Assembly (NCBI GenBank): GCA_013239625.1
Contig: MU053588.1
Span: 3,252,799-3,316,798 of the forward strand
Reading direction: 5' to 3'
From: Lama guanicoe
Taxonomy: Eukaryota
DNA: 64,000 nucleotides
This document shows positions 51,601-63,630 of the stretch, piece by piece. Made by a program: the position numbers and the translations under genes. The notes under the pieces were generated by a model. It made no database searches. It had not been told where the DNA came from and worked only from the letters and a program-made list of their open reading frames with translations. Each line of letters opens with the position of its first letter. The first letter of the stretch is position 1.

Positions 51601-52120
51601 CAGCAGGAGGAGGCCTGAGGGAGAGAGTAAGGGTGGCAGTCCCCCTTTCCCTCCTCCAGTCCCCCTCTTTCCCCTGTGCAGTGTCTTGGGTGTCAGCCCC
51701 TCCCTGACCAGTCCGTCCTTCTCTGCAGACATCCGGCTGAGGGTGCGAGCGGAGTACTGCGAACATGGGCCAGCCTTGGAGCAGGGTGTGGCATCCCGGC
51801 GGCCCCAGGCGCTGGCACGGCAGCTGGACGTGTTTGGGCAGGCCACTGCGGTCCTGCGCTCACGGGACCTGGGCTCTGTGGTCTGTGACATCAAGTTCTC
51901 GGAGCTCTCCTACCTGGACGCCTTCTGGGGTGACTACCTGAGTGGTGCCCTGCTGCAGGCCCTGCGGGGCGTGTTCCTGACTGAGGCTCTGCGTGAGGCC
52001 GTGGGCCGGGAGGCTGTCCGACTGCTGGTCAGTGTGGACGAGGCCGACTACGAGGCTGGCCGGCGCCGCCTACTGCTGATGGAGGAGGAGGGGGGACGGC
52101 GCCCAACTGAGGCCTCCTGA
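39282..52120 (+). CDS. DEDD2: Death effector domain-containing protein 2; join(39282-39609,41152-41271,43922-44062,51729-52120), 981 nt, 326 aa
   Basis: MALSGPTPAPSWEEDECLDYYGMLSLHRMFEVVGGQL...RHDLL (DED with RxDL motif), basic NLS-like RKRRR/KRQRR segments, C-terminal DIRLRVRAEYC...LLVSVDEADYE; GT-AG introns, phases consistent. Confidence 0.97.
41152..41271 (+). CDS. DEDD2: DEDD2 coding exon 2
   Basis: VSPERYNYGTSSSSKRTEGSCRRRR...WET. Confidence 0.95.
41380..43620 (-). mobile_element. Old L1M fragments in a DEDD2 intron
   Basis: Long AT/T-rich block with L1M 3'-end-like motifs; boundaries approximate. Confidence 0.55.
43922..44062 (+). CDS. DEDD2: DEDD2 coding exon 3
   Basis: SPPTKRQRRSRGRPSSGARRRRR...GKVTC. 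Confidence 0.95.
51729..52120 (+). CDS. DEDD2: DEDD2 last coding exon
   Basis: DIRLRVRAEYCEHG...RRPTEAS*. Confidence 0.96.
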
Positions 52121-52890
52121 TCCTGGATCTGGCAGGACTGACCCCACCTCCTAGCTTCTGGGCTACCTTCTCCTCTGGAGGATGATGACCATATCTACCC
52201 CTAAATGCCTGTCACTCCAGCAGCTCTGAGGACTGCGACAGACAGCCAGGCCCCTTGACATCCTGGCCCCTTGACAGGCCCTCCCACAGGATGTGGGTGC
52301 TGAGGCCTAAACCACTTCCAGCTGAGTTTCCTTCCCAACTCTCCCCCTCCACCCCCAGGTGTGTTCCCTCAGCTTCAGGAAGCTGGGGGCTCAGGCATGC
52401 TGATCCAAAAGGAAGAGAAGCATGGCCACACATTCACCAAAGGCCCCTTGCACATGTTTCCCTGACCCAGGGCTGTGTGTGCAGCCCCTCTGAAACGTCC
52501 CCTGGGCTCCTGCCCTGGCCTGCTCCACTTACTTTGGCCTAAGGGCTTTTCTCTCAGGATCTCTGATTATACCGCCCCCAACCCTGGGCTTCAGCCGCAG
52601 CAGTGGGCACGGAGCTGGAGTGCACCCAGGGCATGCTCACCTTGCCCACACATCTCTACAGCCAGCCAGGACTCTGCCCAGCTTCCACACACAGACCTGG
52701 CTCTCCACCTTCTCCTGGAGGCTGGACAGACTTGTACACAGATCTGCACCCAGAATGTCACACATGTGTTGTGGCAGCAGCAGACCAAATGAGCTGTGTC
52801 CCAGGGGCCAGGACCAGACACCAACTTTCTTCTTAGAAATGGAAGGCAGAGGCTTGGGGCTGATGGGAAAGGCCTTTTACAAATGGCTCC

Positions 52891-52896
52891 AATAAA
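52891..52896 (+). terminator. DEDD2: DEDD2 polyadenylation signal AATAAA
   Basis: AATAAA about 770 nt after the stop. Confidence 0.8.
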
Positions 52897-53969
52897 ACTG
52901 CCCTGGATGGGGCATAGGTGGGCATCAGGGCTCCCTAGGACTCTTTCTTTATGGGCTGGAGGGAGGAGTTGATGAGAGCACTACCAATCCTGGAGTTCTG
53001 GCCCAGTATTGGGCTGGAAGGTGGGCAGGATGCTGGATCATCTGCTGCCTATTGCCACAGCCTTTCCCTTCTCTTGGCCTGTTTCCTTATCTGTCTAAGG
53101 AGGAAACAATGACTTGGAGTCATAAACTCTCCCACCTTCATTTGCACATGCTTTGCTCCTGTATGTCCTTGGGAGTGCTGGTATTTTAAACTAGTTCAGT
53201 AAGTTGGGCCAGCTCTCTCTCAGGCTGACAGAACCCAAAGGTTTGGAAACCAAATGGATCAGCAGGCAGTGCTCTCTGCCTAGGACCCCTCTCCAGATGG
53301 CTTCCCTCCCCTGACACTTAGGCAGTCACCTTGTCTTAAATCTGACACTCTTGTTCCTCCTGAGGCCGAATGCTTCCTGCTGCCCTGTGGCTACAGCTGA
53401 GGTTGTGGCTTCTTACTCTTTCCCCACAGCTTGTTTAAGGGCTTAGGAACTCAAGTTTCTTACACAATACCTGGGGTGTTCCTTCCTGGGGGAGAAGGAG
53501 AGCCAGGGTGGGGGTGGAGTGGGCAGGGATTCCCAACCGCTAGCTTTTCCTGGGGGAGAGAATCACACACCTGGGAACCGGTTGTGGACCTCTGATCTGT
53601 GTTGATAAAAAGGGATATAGTGGTTAAGTCTAGGAGCTGAGTCCTGCCCAGGAGTCAAGATCTGGTCCAGTTATTAGTTGCTGTGTGATCTTAAGACTAT
53701 TTCCACTTACCATTTCTGGGAGGAAGCTAAGGTCTGCAGGGCACCTAGACAAGATCTATTTAAATGGGCTCAGAGGGGAAATGAGTTGCCTAAGGAATAG
53801 AGCAGCACTGAGATGGAGAGCAGCTTTCCCCTAGTGGAGGCTGTCAGGTTGAGGAGGGAGGTGATGGCTTCCACTACCTTTCAACTTACCTCCCGTTAGG
53901 GGAACTCTCCTTGGCTTGGGCGAGAGTAGGCTTTCTTTTCACCACCTTCCAAGATTGGAGGCCCTCCTC

Positions 53970-54500
53970 CTCTGCTTGGGGCTTCCCGCGCTTGGGGCTT
54001 CCCGCGCTTGGGGCTGGGAGCTGCTGCTTGTCTCCTCCTCCCCTGGGCTGAATTCCGGCATCCGCCTCTGCCGCTGGCCTTGGGCCTGCCTGTTCCCCTT
54101 ACCCCCAATTTACGAATGGTGGACCCCGCCACTTTAGTGGACAGCATTTCGGAACCTGGCCCTTCCCCAACCTCCATTCTGTTCCTTGCTGAAGCCCCGC
54201 CCCCTACTTCAGCCACGCCCGAGTAGACCATCCCACCCGCGGGCCCCACCTCATTCTTTAGGCCTTTCGCGCGCTGTATTTTCAGCTGGGGGCGCGGTTG
54301 GGGGCCCGGGGCGCGGGGGGGCGTCCTTCGTAGCGAGTGCCTGCCGGAAATAAGCCTAATCTCGAGGCCGCCGGAGTCTGCGCAGGCGCAGTATGTACCA
54401 GGAGTTGATGTTGGCGGGAACTTTGAGGCGATGTCTCGCGCTTTCCAGAGCCTTCCTAAGCGTCTGCGGAGAGCCCGCGCTGGGTGTCTGACAGAGTGCT
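53970..54500. promoter_or_regulatory. CpG island with promoter motifs downstream of DEDD2
   Basis: CpG-rich; GC boxes, ETS CCGGAAAT (54344), NRF1-like TGCGCAGGCGCA (54379-54390). Confidence 0.7.
53974..54015. repeat. 16-bp tandem repeat GCTTGGGGCTTCCCGC x2.6
   Basis: Exact copies at 53974 and 53990, partial copy at 54006. Confidence 0.9.
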
Positions 54501-55239
54501 GAGGCCCAGAAGTGGGTCAGACCCAGGCCACGAGGACAACCCAGGGAGATCAAAGAGCTTCAGAAGTGGAGAAATATTCTATGGGGCGGGACAGGGACAG
54601 GCTGCAGCCAAGGGAAATAGGGGCCTGTGGGAGCTCAGAGAAAGGCGGAAAATGGTTTCACAGAGAAGAGGAGCCTGGAGCTGGCTCCTGACGGATGGAT
54701 AGGAGTTCAACAGAATGACAGAGAGAGGCCATTCTTGTCAGAGAACCGCCCTCGAGGAGGCCTTAGGGAACATTCCTGAACAGGATGTAGAGAGACAGAT
54801 GGACAGAGATAAAGGTAAGTGGCAATGTAGAATCAGCCACACCCTCATTCAGTCATCAGTCCTCTGCTACCACACTGACCGACACACAGGGACCCTGACA
54901 ATGACAATATAAGGTGGTAATATGAGGCAAGCCCAGTATGCCTGGGACACAGCAGGACACGTTCCACAAGCCCTCCCAAGTGCCAGGCCCTGGGCTGGCT
55001 GGCCTTTACTGGGGACCATAAGAGGATGCTAGCCTGGGTGCTTGCACTGGACAGCTACTGTTCTGCTAAGGGAGCCAGACTGGGACACTGTAGGTCACAG
55101 TCCAGAGTGGTCAGTGACTGAAAAGACATCAGAGGCTGGAGGAGCCCACATGACCCTGAGTGAAGAGACCCAGGAAGGCTTCATGGATTGGGAAACTCCC
55201 TGTTCATTTTATTAAAAATTACCACCACCACCACCAAGA

Positions 55240-56510
55240 TACTTTTTAATTGTGAACTATTAACATTCAGAAAAGTGCATAAAACACAAATGCAGTTAAT
55301 AAGCTGTTGTAAAACACTTGTGCCTTCCATAATGAGACAGACATTACCAGCACCCCAGAAGTCTCCCCACTCCCTCTCTGTCATGCACTCCCTCCTGATC
55401 ATAAGCAAGCCCTCTCTCCCCCTAGTAGGAACACTGTCCTGGCTTTTACAGTAATGGTTCCTTGCTTTTCTTCTGCTTTTTCTAGTTTTATGTCACTCAG
55501 TGATTTTATCTCTTTTTGAACTTGATACAAATGGAATCATACAATATGTTTTCTGTTGTGTCTGTTTTCTTTTGTTCAGCATTGTGTTTGTGAGATTCTT
55601 CCACATTGTGTTTATTTGTAGCTGACTCATTTTTATTGCTGTATAGTGTTCATTGTATGAATACCTCATAGGTAGCTCATGCATTACACTGTTGATGGAC
55701 ATTGGGTTGTCAGCAGCTTGGAGTTGTAATAAATAATGTTGTTGTGAACACTCCTAAGCATTTTTTTAAAAAAACAAATGCTTGCATTTCTGTTGGGATA
55801 TACCCAGAAGGAGAATTGCTGGACATGGGCAAGAATGTTCAGGTTTGGTGGATATCGCCTAGTTTCCTAAGGCTGCTGTAACAAATTATCATAAACCTGG
55901 TGGGTTAACACAACAGAAATGTATTCTCTCACAGTTCTGGGGGCCAGAAATCTAAAATTAGTTTCACTGGGCCCAAGCCTAGGTTTTTCGCAGCCCCACT
56001 CTAGGCGAGAATCTGTTCCTTGCTTCTTCCAGCTTCTGGTGGCTGCTAGCATCCCTTGGTTTGTGGCTACATCACTCCAGTTTCTACCTCTGTGGTTCAC
56101 ATTGTCTTCTCTTCTGTCAGTGTCAAATATCCCTTTGCCTCTCTCTTACAAGGAATCATGTGATTGCATTTAGGGGTCACCCAGATAATCCAGGATAGTC
56201 TCCTCATCTCAAAATCTTTACTTTAATCACATCTGCAAAGTCCTTTTTGCCACATAAAATAGCGTTTACAGATTCCAGGGATTAAGCCATGGACATCTTT
56301 TGGGGGACATTTTTCAGCCTACTACACTGACAAACCACTTTTCTAAGGTGTTTATAAGAGTTTATTCTCCCACTCGCACTGAATGAGCGTTTTCTTTGCC
56401 TCACGTCCTTGCCAGTATCTGGTATTGTCAGATGCTTTTAATTTTGCCAAGCTGATAGACATGTGGTAGTATATCATTGTGGTTTATCTTTCTTCTCCCT
56501 GGTGGTTAAT
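55240..56510 (-). mobile_element. Old L1M 3' fragment interrupted by an MLT1 LTR
   Basis: aatggaatcatacaatatg...ttcagcattgtgtttgtgagattcttccac...gatggacattgggttg L1M motifs. Confidence 0.7.
55858..56325 (-). mobile_element. MLT1 (MaLR) solo LTR
   Basis: tagtttcctaaggctgctgtaacaaa...acagaaatgtattctctcacagttctgg...ttaatcacatctgcaaagtcc...cagcctactaca. Confidence 0.8.
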
Positions 56511-56731
56511 TTCTGCTCATTCTTGAAGGAAGAGTGAGAAGTCTTTGGCTGGATAGAATGGTCAAGGGTATTCCAGACAGGTGGAATAGCACGTATGAAG
56601 GCCTTAGGAAACACTTGTTTAAACTGAGTAAGAGGTTTTTGTTGTTGTTGTTTGGGTTTTTTTTTTAAGCATTAGGTTATTAAATGTAAAGAGTATACAG
56701 AGAGATAAATGGAACAAGTCAAGGGTAAATA

Positions 56732-57011
56732 AGATGGTCCAATATGAGTCTCTGGATGGGCAGGGAAGGGAAAGGAGCCAGCAAGGGTCTGGCCAACTGG
56801 CAGAAAACAGAGATCAAGGGAGTGGAGCTGTGTCTATGAGTTGATGTTACAGGTGTGATGGCAGGGGAGGCCTGCCAGGCCTGGAAGGCAGGTGCTGGGA
56901 TCAGAGCAGGATACTGGATTTCAAACATGGAAGACAGTACTGGGTTGTAGTTAAAATCAGGATTTTTAATTTGGGACCCAGAGAGTCCCATGTTACAATC
57001 CTGGCTCTGCC
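56732..57011 (+). repeat. Inverted repeat, left arm
   Basis: Reverse complement of 57726-58004; 3 mismatches over 56732-56988. Confidence 0.97.
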
Positions 57012-57185
57012 ACTTCATTAAATGTGTCACTCAGGGAATTGACTTCACCTTCCTGAGTGTGTATCCTCATCTTTGAAATGAGGATACTAATACCAACTCT
57101 GCAGGTTTTTGTGAAGGGTAAATATGTAAGCCGTCTGGCACAGTGTCTGGCATGTGGTACAAGTGCTCAGTAAGTATTCACTATG
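56930..57185 (+). mobile_element. MIR whose 5' part lies in the left inverted-repeat arm
   Basis: aatcctggctctgccactt...cctcatctttgaaatgaggatactaatacc...cacagtgtctggcatgtgg...gtgctcagtaagtatt. Confidence 0.7.
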
Positions 57186-57725
57186 TGAGCTGCACTTGCG
57201 GGTAATGACTAAGTCCAAGGTGTGGTCATGGGAGTGGGTGGCTAGAGTGGGATGAAGGTCACCAAGGATAAGGTGGAAAGAGACCAAGAGGCTAGATAAT
57301 TGGAAGGATGGATCATCATGGAGGTTAAGTATCCCAGCAGGACAGCAGGGACTAGGGTGGAGAGGAAGTCTGTGGGGATGTGCTAGAATCTTCAGGAATG
57401 AGGGAAAGTGACCAAGGAGTCAACAGATATCACTGAAGTGGTGGAAGAGAGGGTGGCAGAACATGAGGACCTAAGACTCTAGGGAGCCCAGTTTTGTGAA
57501 GCCAGACTAGAGTCGGTGTCTGCCTCATCTGAGTTCCCACTCCCCCTTGTATGTTCCTTTGAGATGTCCCCAGTGATCACATCCCTCACTAAGCCAGAGC
57601 ATGTTAAGAGAGGGACTGGATCTGACCCATCCTCTAGTAGCTAGAAGTATGCATTGGTAAGTGATTGTTGAATGATTTGGGGGGATGAGGGAAGGAGAAA
57701 AGTCATGGGTGACATTTAGTAAAGG

Positions 57726-58004
57726 GGCAGAGCAGGATTCTAACACAGGACTCTCTGGATCCCAAATTAAAAATCCTGATTTTAACTACAACCCAGTACT
57801 GTCTTCCATGTTTGAAATCCAGTATCCTGCTCTGATCCCAGCACCTGCCTTCCAGGCCTGGCAGGCCTCCCCTGCCATCACACCTGTAACATCAACTCAT
57901 AGACACAGCTCCACTCCCTTGATCTCTGTTTTCTGCCACTTGGCCAGACCCTTGCTGGCTCCTTTCCCTTCCCTGCCCATCCAGAGCCTCATATTGGACC
58001 ATCT
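57726..58004 (-). repeat. Inverted repeat, right arm
   Basis: Reverse complement of 56732-57011; ORF track shows nearly the same peptide on opposite strands. Confidence 0.97.
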
Positions 58005-59789
58005 GATCTCTCTGGCCAGCTCTCTAATAGTCAGAGTCCCAGCAGGAAACAGAGGGCACCACAGCTGTGATTTTGAAGAGAACTTAATGAAGGGAGTATT
58101 TGTAGAGGGTGTGGGTCAGGTTGAGGGAACGAACAAGGGAGGTGAAGGCAGCAGGAAGTTGTGACTACAGGTCTACTGGGGTCGGGAAAGGAAATGGTAT
58201 TACTGGAGCCTGTGAGACCACGAAACATACCTGAGAGGTGTCGGTGTCATAGAGGGTACGACCACCGTCACAACCACAGTACTGATGCACAGCTGGAGCA
58301 GGAGACACTTTCTTCCCCTACTCTCTAAGGTCCTGCTGGTGCTTCCCATGGAGGACCCAGTTAGAAGTCAGAGGGCAAGGGAGCCCGGACCGATGCTGTC
58401 TGTATGGGCAGAGAAGAGTGGAGGTGGACCTGGAAGGGCAAAGGGAAAATGACCAGCACGCTCTTTGCCATACACCCTGACCTCTGCCCCATCTATCAAC
58501 ACATCTCTAACCTTGGTTCGCATGGTTAAGATTGACTCAGAGAAGAATGGCGGGGAAGTGGTGCATATAGGTACAACTCCAACTTCTTAGCCTCTTCTCT
58601 CAGTCACCACTCTCCTGTGAGTATCCCCCAACCCTAACCTTTCATTCTCAACAAATGAAATTAAGGCTGATCAGTCATGATTTCCTTTAGCTTCCTATTC
58701 AGACCTACAGGTATTCACACCCAGATCTACTTCACTTCTCCAGGCTCTGTTTTAGTCCAACCTCTCTACCCAGGCATCATCCATCCTATTATGACTCCCA
58801 CAATATTACTCCATCATTCTTCCTTCTCTTTCAACAGTCCTTCCTTCTCTCTCCTTCTTCTTAGTCTATAAATATATGCAAATTTCTACCACCTTAAAAA
58901 CCAATGAAAACCTTCTACCTCCCTTTACTCTGTGCTCTCTCTACTGCCTGTCCTTTGTTTTCCTCCTCATCCCATCCAAAATTCTTTTGTTTTGCCCTAG
59001 GTTTTTTTTTTTTAATTGAGAATTTACTTTTTAGAGAGGAGAGCCAGGGGCACCAGCGTCTCCATGCCTTGGAAGCCAGGCATACTCCTGACCTCCCAGC
59101 CTCTAGCTGCCCAGAGGCTGGGGAATCACAAGGTGATATGGTCAGGGCCAAAATTCTTGAAGGAACAAGTATCAGGGTTGTTTGGCTGCAAGCAACAGAG
59201 ACTGACTTGCTAACTTAAGCAAGCAAGGAATTTATTAGAAGGAAATGAAGGTGACATACATGGTAGAAGGAAAGACTGAAGAACCAGTCTTTGGAAAGGA
59301 CTGGAACCAGGGCAGTGTCAGGGATGGAGATAGTAGGAAGGAATGGCAGTTTCCTTGGGGCCCTGGTGGCTGCAGGAATCAGCTCCAACCAGGTTCAGGC
59401 GTCCTGTCACATACGCTCACAATTTAAATTTCAGGGAGAGCTTCTGATTGGTGCAGTTTGTCATGTGGCCTCCCCTTGGCCTGTGGACAGTCTCATGGAC
59501 TCGTATGCAGTAGGCCATGGGTGGTTACTCAGAGAAAAATCAGGAGCTGTCACAGACGATGGGGAAATGGATGCTGGGCAGGCAGAAATAACAGATGTCC
59601 AGGACACAGAGCACTCCTCCTCGCCAGCCCCAGCCTTCATCTCTAATTTGAGTCTCAACTCACTGAAACCATTTGCACCGAGCTTGTTAATGACCTTCTC
59701 TTGCTAAATCCAAGGACATGTTTCAGTCTGTATCTGCAGTTTTTAATTCCACTGACCAGTGCCTCTCTTTTGAAAATCTTCCCTCCCTT

Positions 59790-60230
59790 GGCTTCTGCAT
59801 AACAAATCAACCCAAGACTTAGCATCTCAAAATAATGAACATTTATTATTTCAGTTTCTGCAGGTCAGAAATCCATGAACGGCCTAGCTGAGGAGTTGTG
59901 GTCTCTCCTGAAGGCTTGGGTTGTGTGGGGGTGGGCAGATAGCATGACCTAGTTTCCCCTGGGGTGAGTGATCCAACAGAGAGAGACAGAGAAGAAGGGA
60001 AGGACAGAGAGGAGAGGAGGGGAAAAGAGAAACATGCACGCATGCATGGAAGCTGTGGTCTTTTTTTATAACTTAGTATCAGAAGTGACATCGCATCATT
60101 CTGCCATGTTCTGTTTATTAAAAGTGAGTCACTAGGTCCAGCTCATGCTCATGGGGAGGGGATCACACAAGCTCATGACTACTAGAAGGCGGGGGTTACT
60201 GGGGGCCTCTTAGAGGATGCCTGCCACAGC
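59790..60230 (-). mobile_element. MaLR/MLT-like LTR relic
   Basis: gcataacaaatcaacccaagacttag...catttattatttcagtttctg..ggtcagaaatcc. Confidence 0.55.
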
Positions 60231-60496
60231 TTCCATGACATAGCACGCTCATGGTCCTCCTTCCTCCTTGACAGCTTCTCTGGTCCATGTAGGGACTCCT
60301 CTTCCTCTGCCCACCTTTGAAATATGGCTCTTCCCCTGGGCTCCTTCCTTGGCCCACAGCTCTCCTCATTCTAGGTATTCTTCCTGAGAGATGTCATCCA
60401 CCTTCATGACTACAGCTATCACCTGTATGCTGATGATGCCCAAATCTTCAGTGCAGACCTGTACCCATGATACTGCACATAAATATACCTAATATT

Positions 60497-60637
60497 GGGA
60501 GGGAGGGTATAGCTCAGTGGTAGAGGTGGTGCTTAGCATGCACGAGGTTCTAGGTTCAATCCCCAGTCCCTCCATTAAAGAAATAAATAAGTAAATAAAC
60601 AAACCTAACTGCCTCCCTCCCAAAACAAACAAAAAAG
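60497..60637 (+). mobile_element. Vic-1-like SINE
   Basis: GGGAGGGTATAGCTCAGTGGTAGAG...GGTTCAATCCCCAG, AAAT tail, CCTAATATT flanking both sides. Confidence 0.9.
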
Positions 60638-61727
60638 TAATATCCTAATATTGACTGCAGAACCAACATAGAGTCTTGGACCCAGGGCATGTCTCACTGG
60701 TGCTACATACTTAAGAAGTTCGAAAAAGAACTTAATTGAATAAGTTCTGTGCCACCTCCTGTTTTTCCCCAGCTTGGTGAGTGGGACCTCCATCCACTCA
60801 GGCATCCAAGTGAGAAATATGGCCATCGTCTTTGACACCACTCTCTCCCTCACCCTCATATCCAAATATAAAGCCTTGCTGATTCGATTTACCTCAAGGT
60901 TTTTCAAACCTGTGGCCTCCTCTGTGTCCCTGATACCAATGTTGTAATACCAGCTTTTAGCACCTCTTGCCTAAGCTATTGCAACAACTTCTTGATTTTT
61001 CTTGTTTCTGTTCTTGCCTCCTTTCAAAGATGCAAAGCTGCCCTTGATGGAACTCCCATGGCCTCTGAGATCAAAGGATGCTTAATGACCGGGCCCCATC
61101 CGGCCTCTCCAGCAGCATCTTTCTCTCACAGCTTGTGCTTGAGCAACCCCACTGCCTGCCTGCACACAGCCTGCTCTTCCTCATATGCCTGCTTTTGTTC
61201 ATCCTGTTCTCTCTGAATTTACTGCCCCTTCCAATTTCAGGAGAATGACTTCTCTAAGACGCAAGAGAATTTCTCCTGGCTGGTTTTGTGTCCTGGCATA
61301 CCATGGGTTCTTGAGAGCAGGAATTGTATCCTCTCCCGCTTTGCATCCCCAGCACCTTCCATGGAAGTCGTACTTATATAGGTACCCCAGCTTGTGTATT
61401 GAATGAATGAATGTATAAACTGGAGATTTATAGTAGCGCTGGATATGGGAACTGGTTCTTGAAGTCCAAGAGGTTAGCCAGGGGGAGAAGGGTGGGAAGG
61501 ACACTCTAGTTATGGGGAACTGCATGTGCCAAGGCCAGGAGATAAGAGATGGCAGATTGAAAGAAGTGTGGTGGTCTGAGTATAGGGTGCATAGTGGGCA
61601 GGGACTGGATGGGTAGGGGAGCTAGATATTGCAAAGGGCATGAGAAGCTGGCTAAGAGATTTGGCTTTTGTCTTGTTAGCAATGGGGAATTTGAAGCAGG
61701 GAGTGATTTCATCAGACTCATGTTGGT

Positions 61728-61842
61728 CTTTCTTTCTTTTTTTTTTTAAATAATATTATTTTTTAAGTGGAGGTAACTGGGGATTGAACCCAGGACCTTG
61801 TACATGCTAAGCATGCACCCTACTGTGAACTATACCCTCCCC
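61728..61842 (-). mobile_element. Vic-1-like SINE
   Basis: Reverse-complement tRNA-like head and poly-T. Confidence 0.85.
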
Positions 61843-62689
61843 ACCAATCATAAGAGCCATATTGTAGAAGGACCACCCCAGTGGCCAGACTGGAAACTGG
61901 GAGGCCAGGTAGGAAGCAGGTGCATTGGGCAGAGCAGGAGATGTGGAGGCCTGAACCAGGACCGTGGGGGCAGGGGATAAAAGAGGAGATGGGTTTGAAA
62001 AATATCAGGTTGAATTCTATGAAATCGCTCTCTTGTAAGAAAAAGCCAGTTGATGATTGGCAATTCTCCTATGGTTCATCTTAGTGTTAAAAGGTAAATG
62101 ATAAAAGGGTCAATGAACTGGATGGGATTTTGAATCTGACTTGGATGTGAACGTGAGGAAGAGGCTGTCAGGCTGGGGGCCATTTTTCTCGACTTGATTG
62201 CCGATCGGATGCAGATGCTACTTTGGGGAGAGGAAACCCAGGTGTGTGTGTTGGGGAGGCATGATGGGGAAGAGGCATGTTCAGGTTGGACTTGTTGATT
62301 CCAAGGTGCCTTTGGGACCTCCAGGAGGTAGCTGAATATCTGATCTGAAGCTCAGGAGAGAGGGATAGCTAGAGACAAAGTTGGGAGTTATCAGCAGAGA
62401 GAAGATAGTTGTGGGAGGGATGATTCTCTCTGGGAGAGCAGCCGAGATAGTAGAACCAACGGAGTGAGATTCCTAAGATGTGCAGAGGACTTTCAAAAGA
62501 TGGTTGTGGCCATGTGCTGCAGATAAAGCAACTTCAATAGAATTGAAAAGTACCTGTTGGATTTAGCAAGGAGGAGGCCCTCAGTGACGGGGGGAACATT
62601 GATGGAAGTGTCCTGGGCTGGGCTCTGGAGGGGCAGACTAGGCCTCACCTCCGGACTGGCCCTTCATCCTCAGTAATGCATGGCTCCAG

Positions 62690-62703
62690 CCACCAGGGGG
62701 CAG
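62690..62703 (+). promoter_or_regulatory. Candidate CTCF site
   Basis: CCACCAGGGGGCAG matches the CTCF core consensus CCASYAGRKGGCRS. Confidence 0.55.
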
Positions 62704-63264
62704 TAGCTACATGGAATCCAGGTCGGAGGGATCTGCTGGGGCCAATAAGCTTGCGGAGAGATGTGGGCTGTGGGCAGGGATTGGGCGGTTGGCTGCAGAG
62801 GCTGCTGCCTAGTGGGGAGAAACATCCCAACAGTGAAGGGAGCAGGAAAGAAGTTTTGAAAGTGCAGGGGAGGGAATCCCTTTCCCTGGGGTGGCTGCGG
62901 GCAGGTTAGCAATTCTCAGTCCTGTCTTGCAATTTCCCTCTTGTGGGCCCTTGGGGGTGCAGGTGGGGTTTATTCAACATGGTGCTCCCAGTGGTCATGG
63001 CGTTTGTATTTTGGACCTAGATTTTCTCTACTCTCATTTCTTGATAGTCTTACTTTGCATTGTGTGGAGAACTTTTTTCAGTTCTCACCTGCTTCCATGT
63101 AGACGTCCTTCGGTGGAAATGCTTTACCCCCACCCCATCCTTAAGGTCTCATCTCAGGCATCACTTCCTCCTGGATGTCCTCCTTCACTGCCCCATCCAC
63201 CTCGTCTTCTACAGAGGACAGTTTTCCCTATCTTGATCCTTAACATTCTGGCTTATAATTGCTT

Positions 63265-63630
63265 GTTTATTTATTTATTTTGGTCAGCTTTATTGCAGTA
63301 CAACTTAAATACAATAACACTCACTAGTTTTAAGTGTACAGTTTAATGGGTCGTCACACACACACGGTCACGTAAGTACCACCACAGTCATGATGCAGAA
63401 CATTTCCATTACCCTCCAAAGTTCCCTTCTACCCCTTTGCTACAGTCCCTCCTCCCAATCTCAGCTGCTTTCAACCACTGTTCTGCTTTTCTGTCACTAT
63501 AAGTTGGCTCTGTCTAGAATTTCATATAAATGGAATCCTACAGTAGTAGTCTCCTGTGACAAGCTTCGTTCACTTTACTTTTGGGGTTCATCTGTGTTGC
63601 TGTGTATATCAGTAACTGTGTGTTCATTGT
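63265..63630 (-). mobile_element. L1M 3' end fragment
   Basis: cagctttattgcagtacaactta...taagtgtacagtttaatg...tagaatttcatataaatggaatc. Confidence 0.7.

Noticed and set aside
52249..52276. Short duplication GGCCCCTTGACA in the DEDD2 3' UTR
   Set aside because: Two-copy slippage with no evident function.
56719..58164. Duplicated small protein gene pair (ORFs 56719..57030- and 57685..58164+)
   Set aside because: The shared peptide is a by-product of the DNA inverted repeat; partly MIR-derived, no recognisable domain or gene structure.
60497..60575. Functional tRNA genes (also at 4773 and 6878)
   Set aside because: tRNA-like heads are followed by A-rich tails and TSDs and have broken stems, so they are SINEs.
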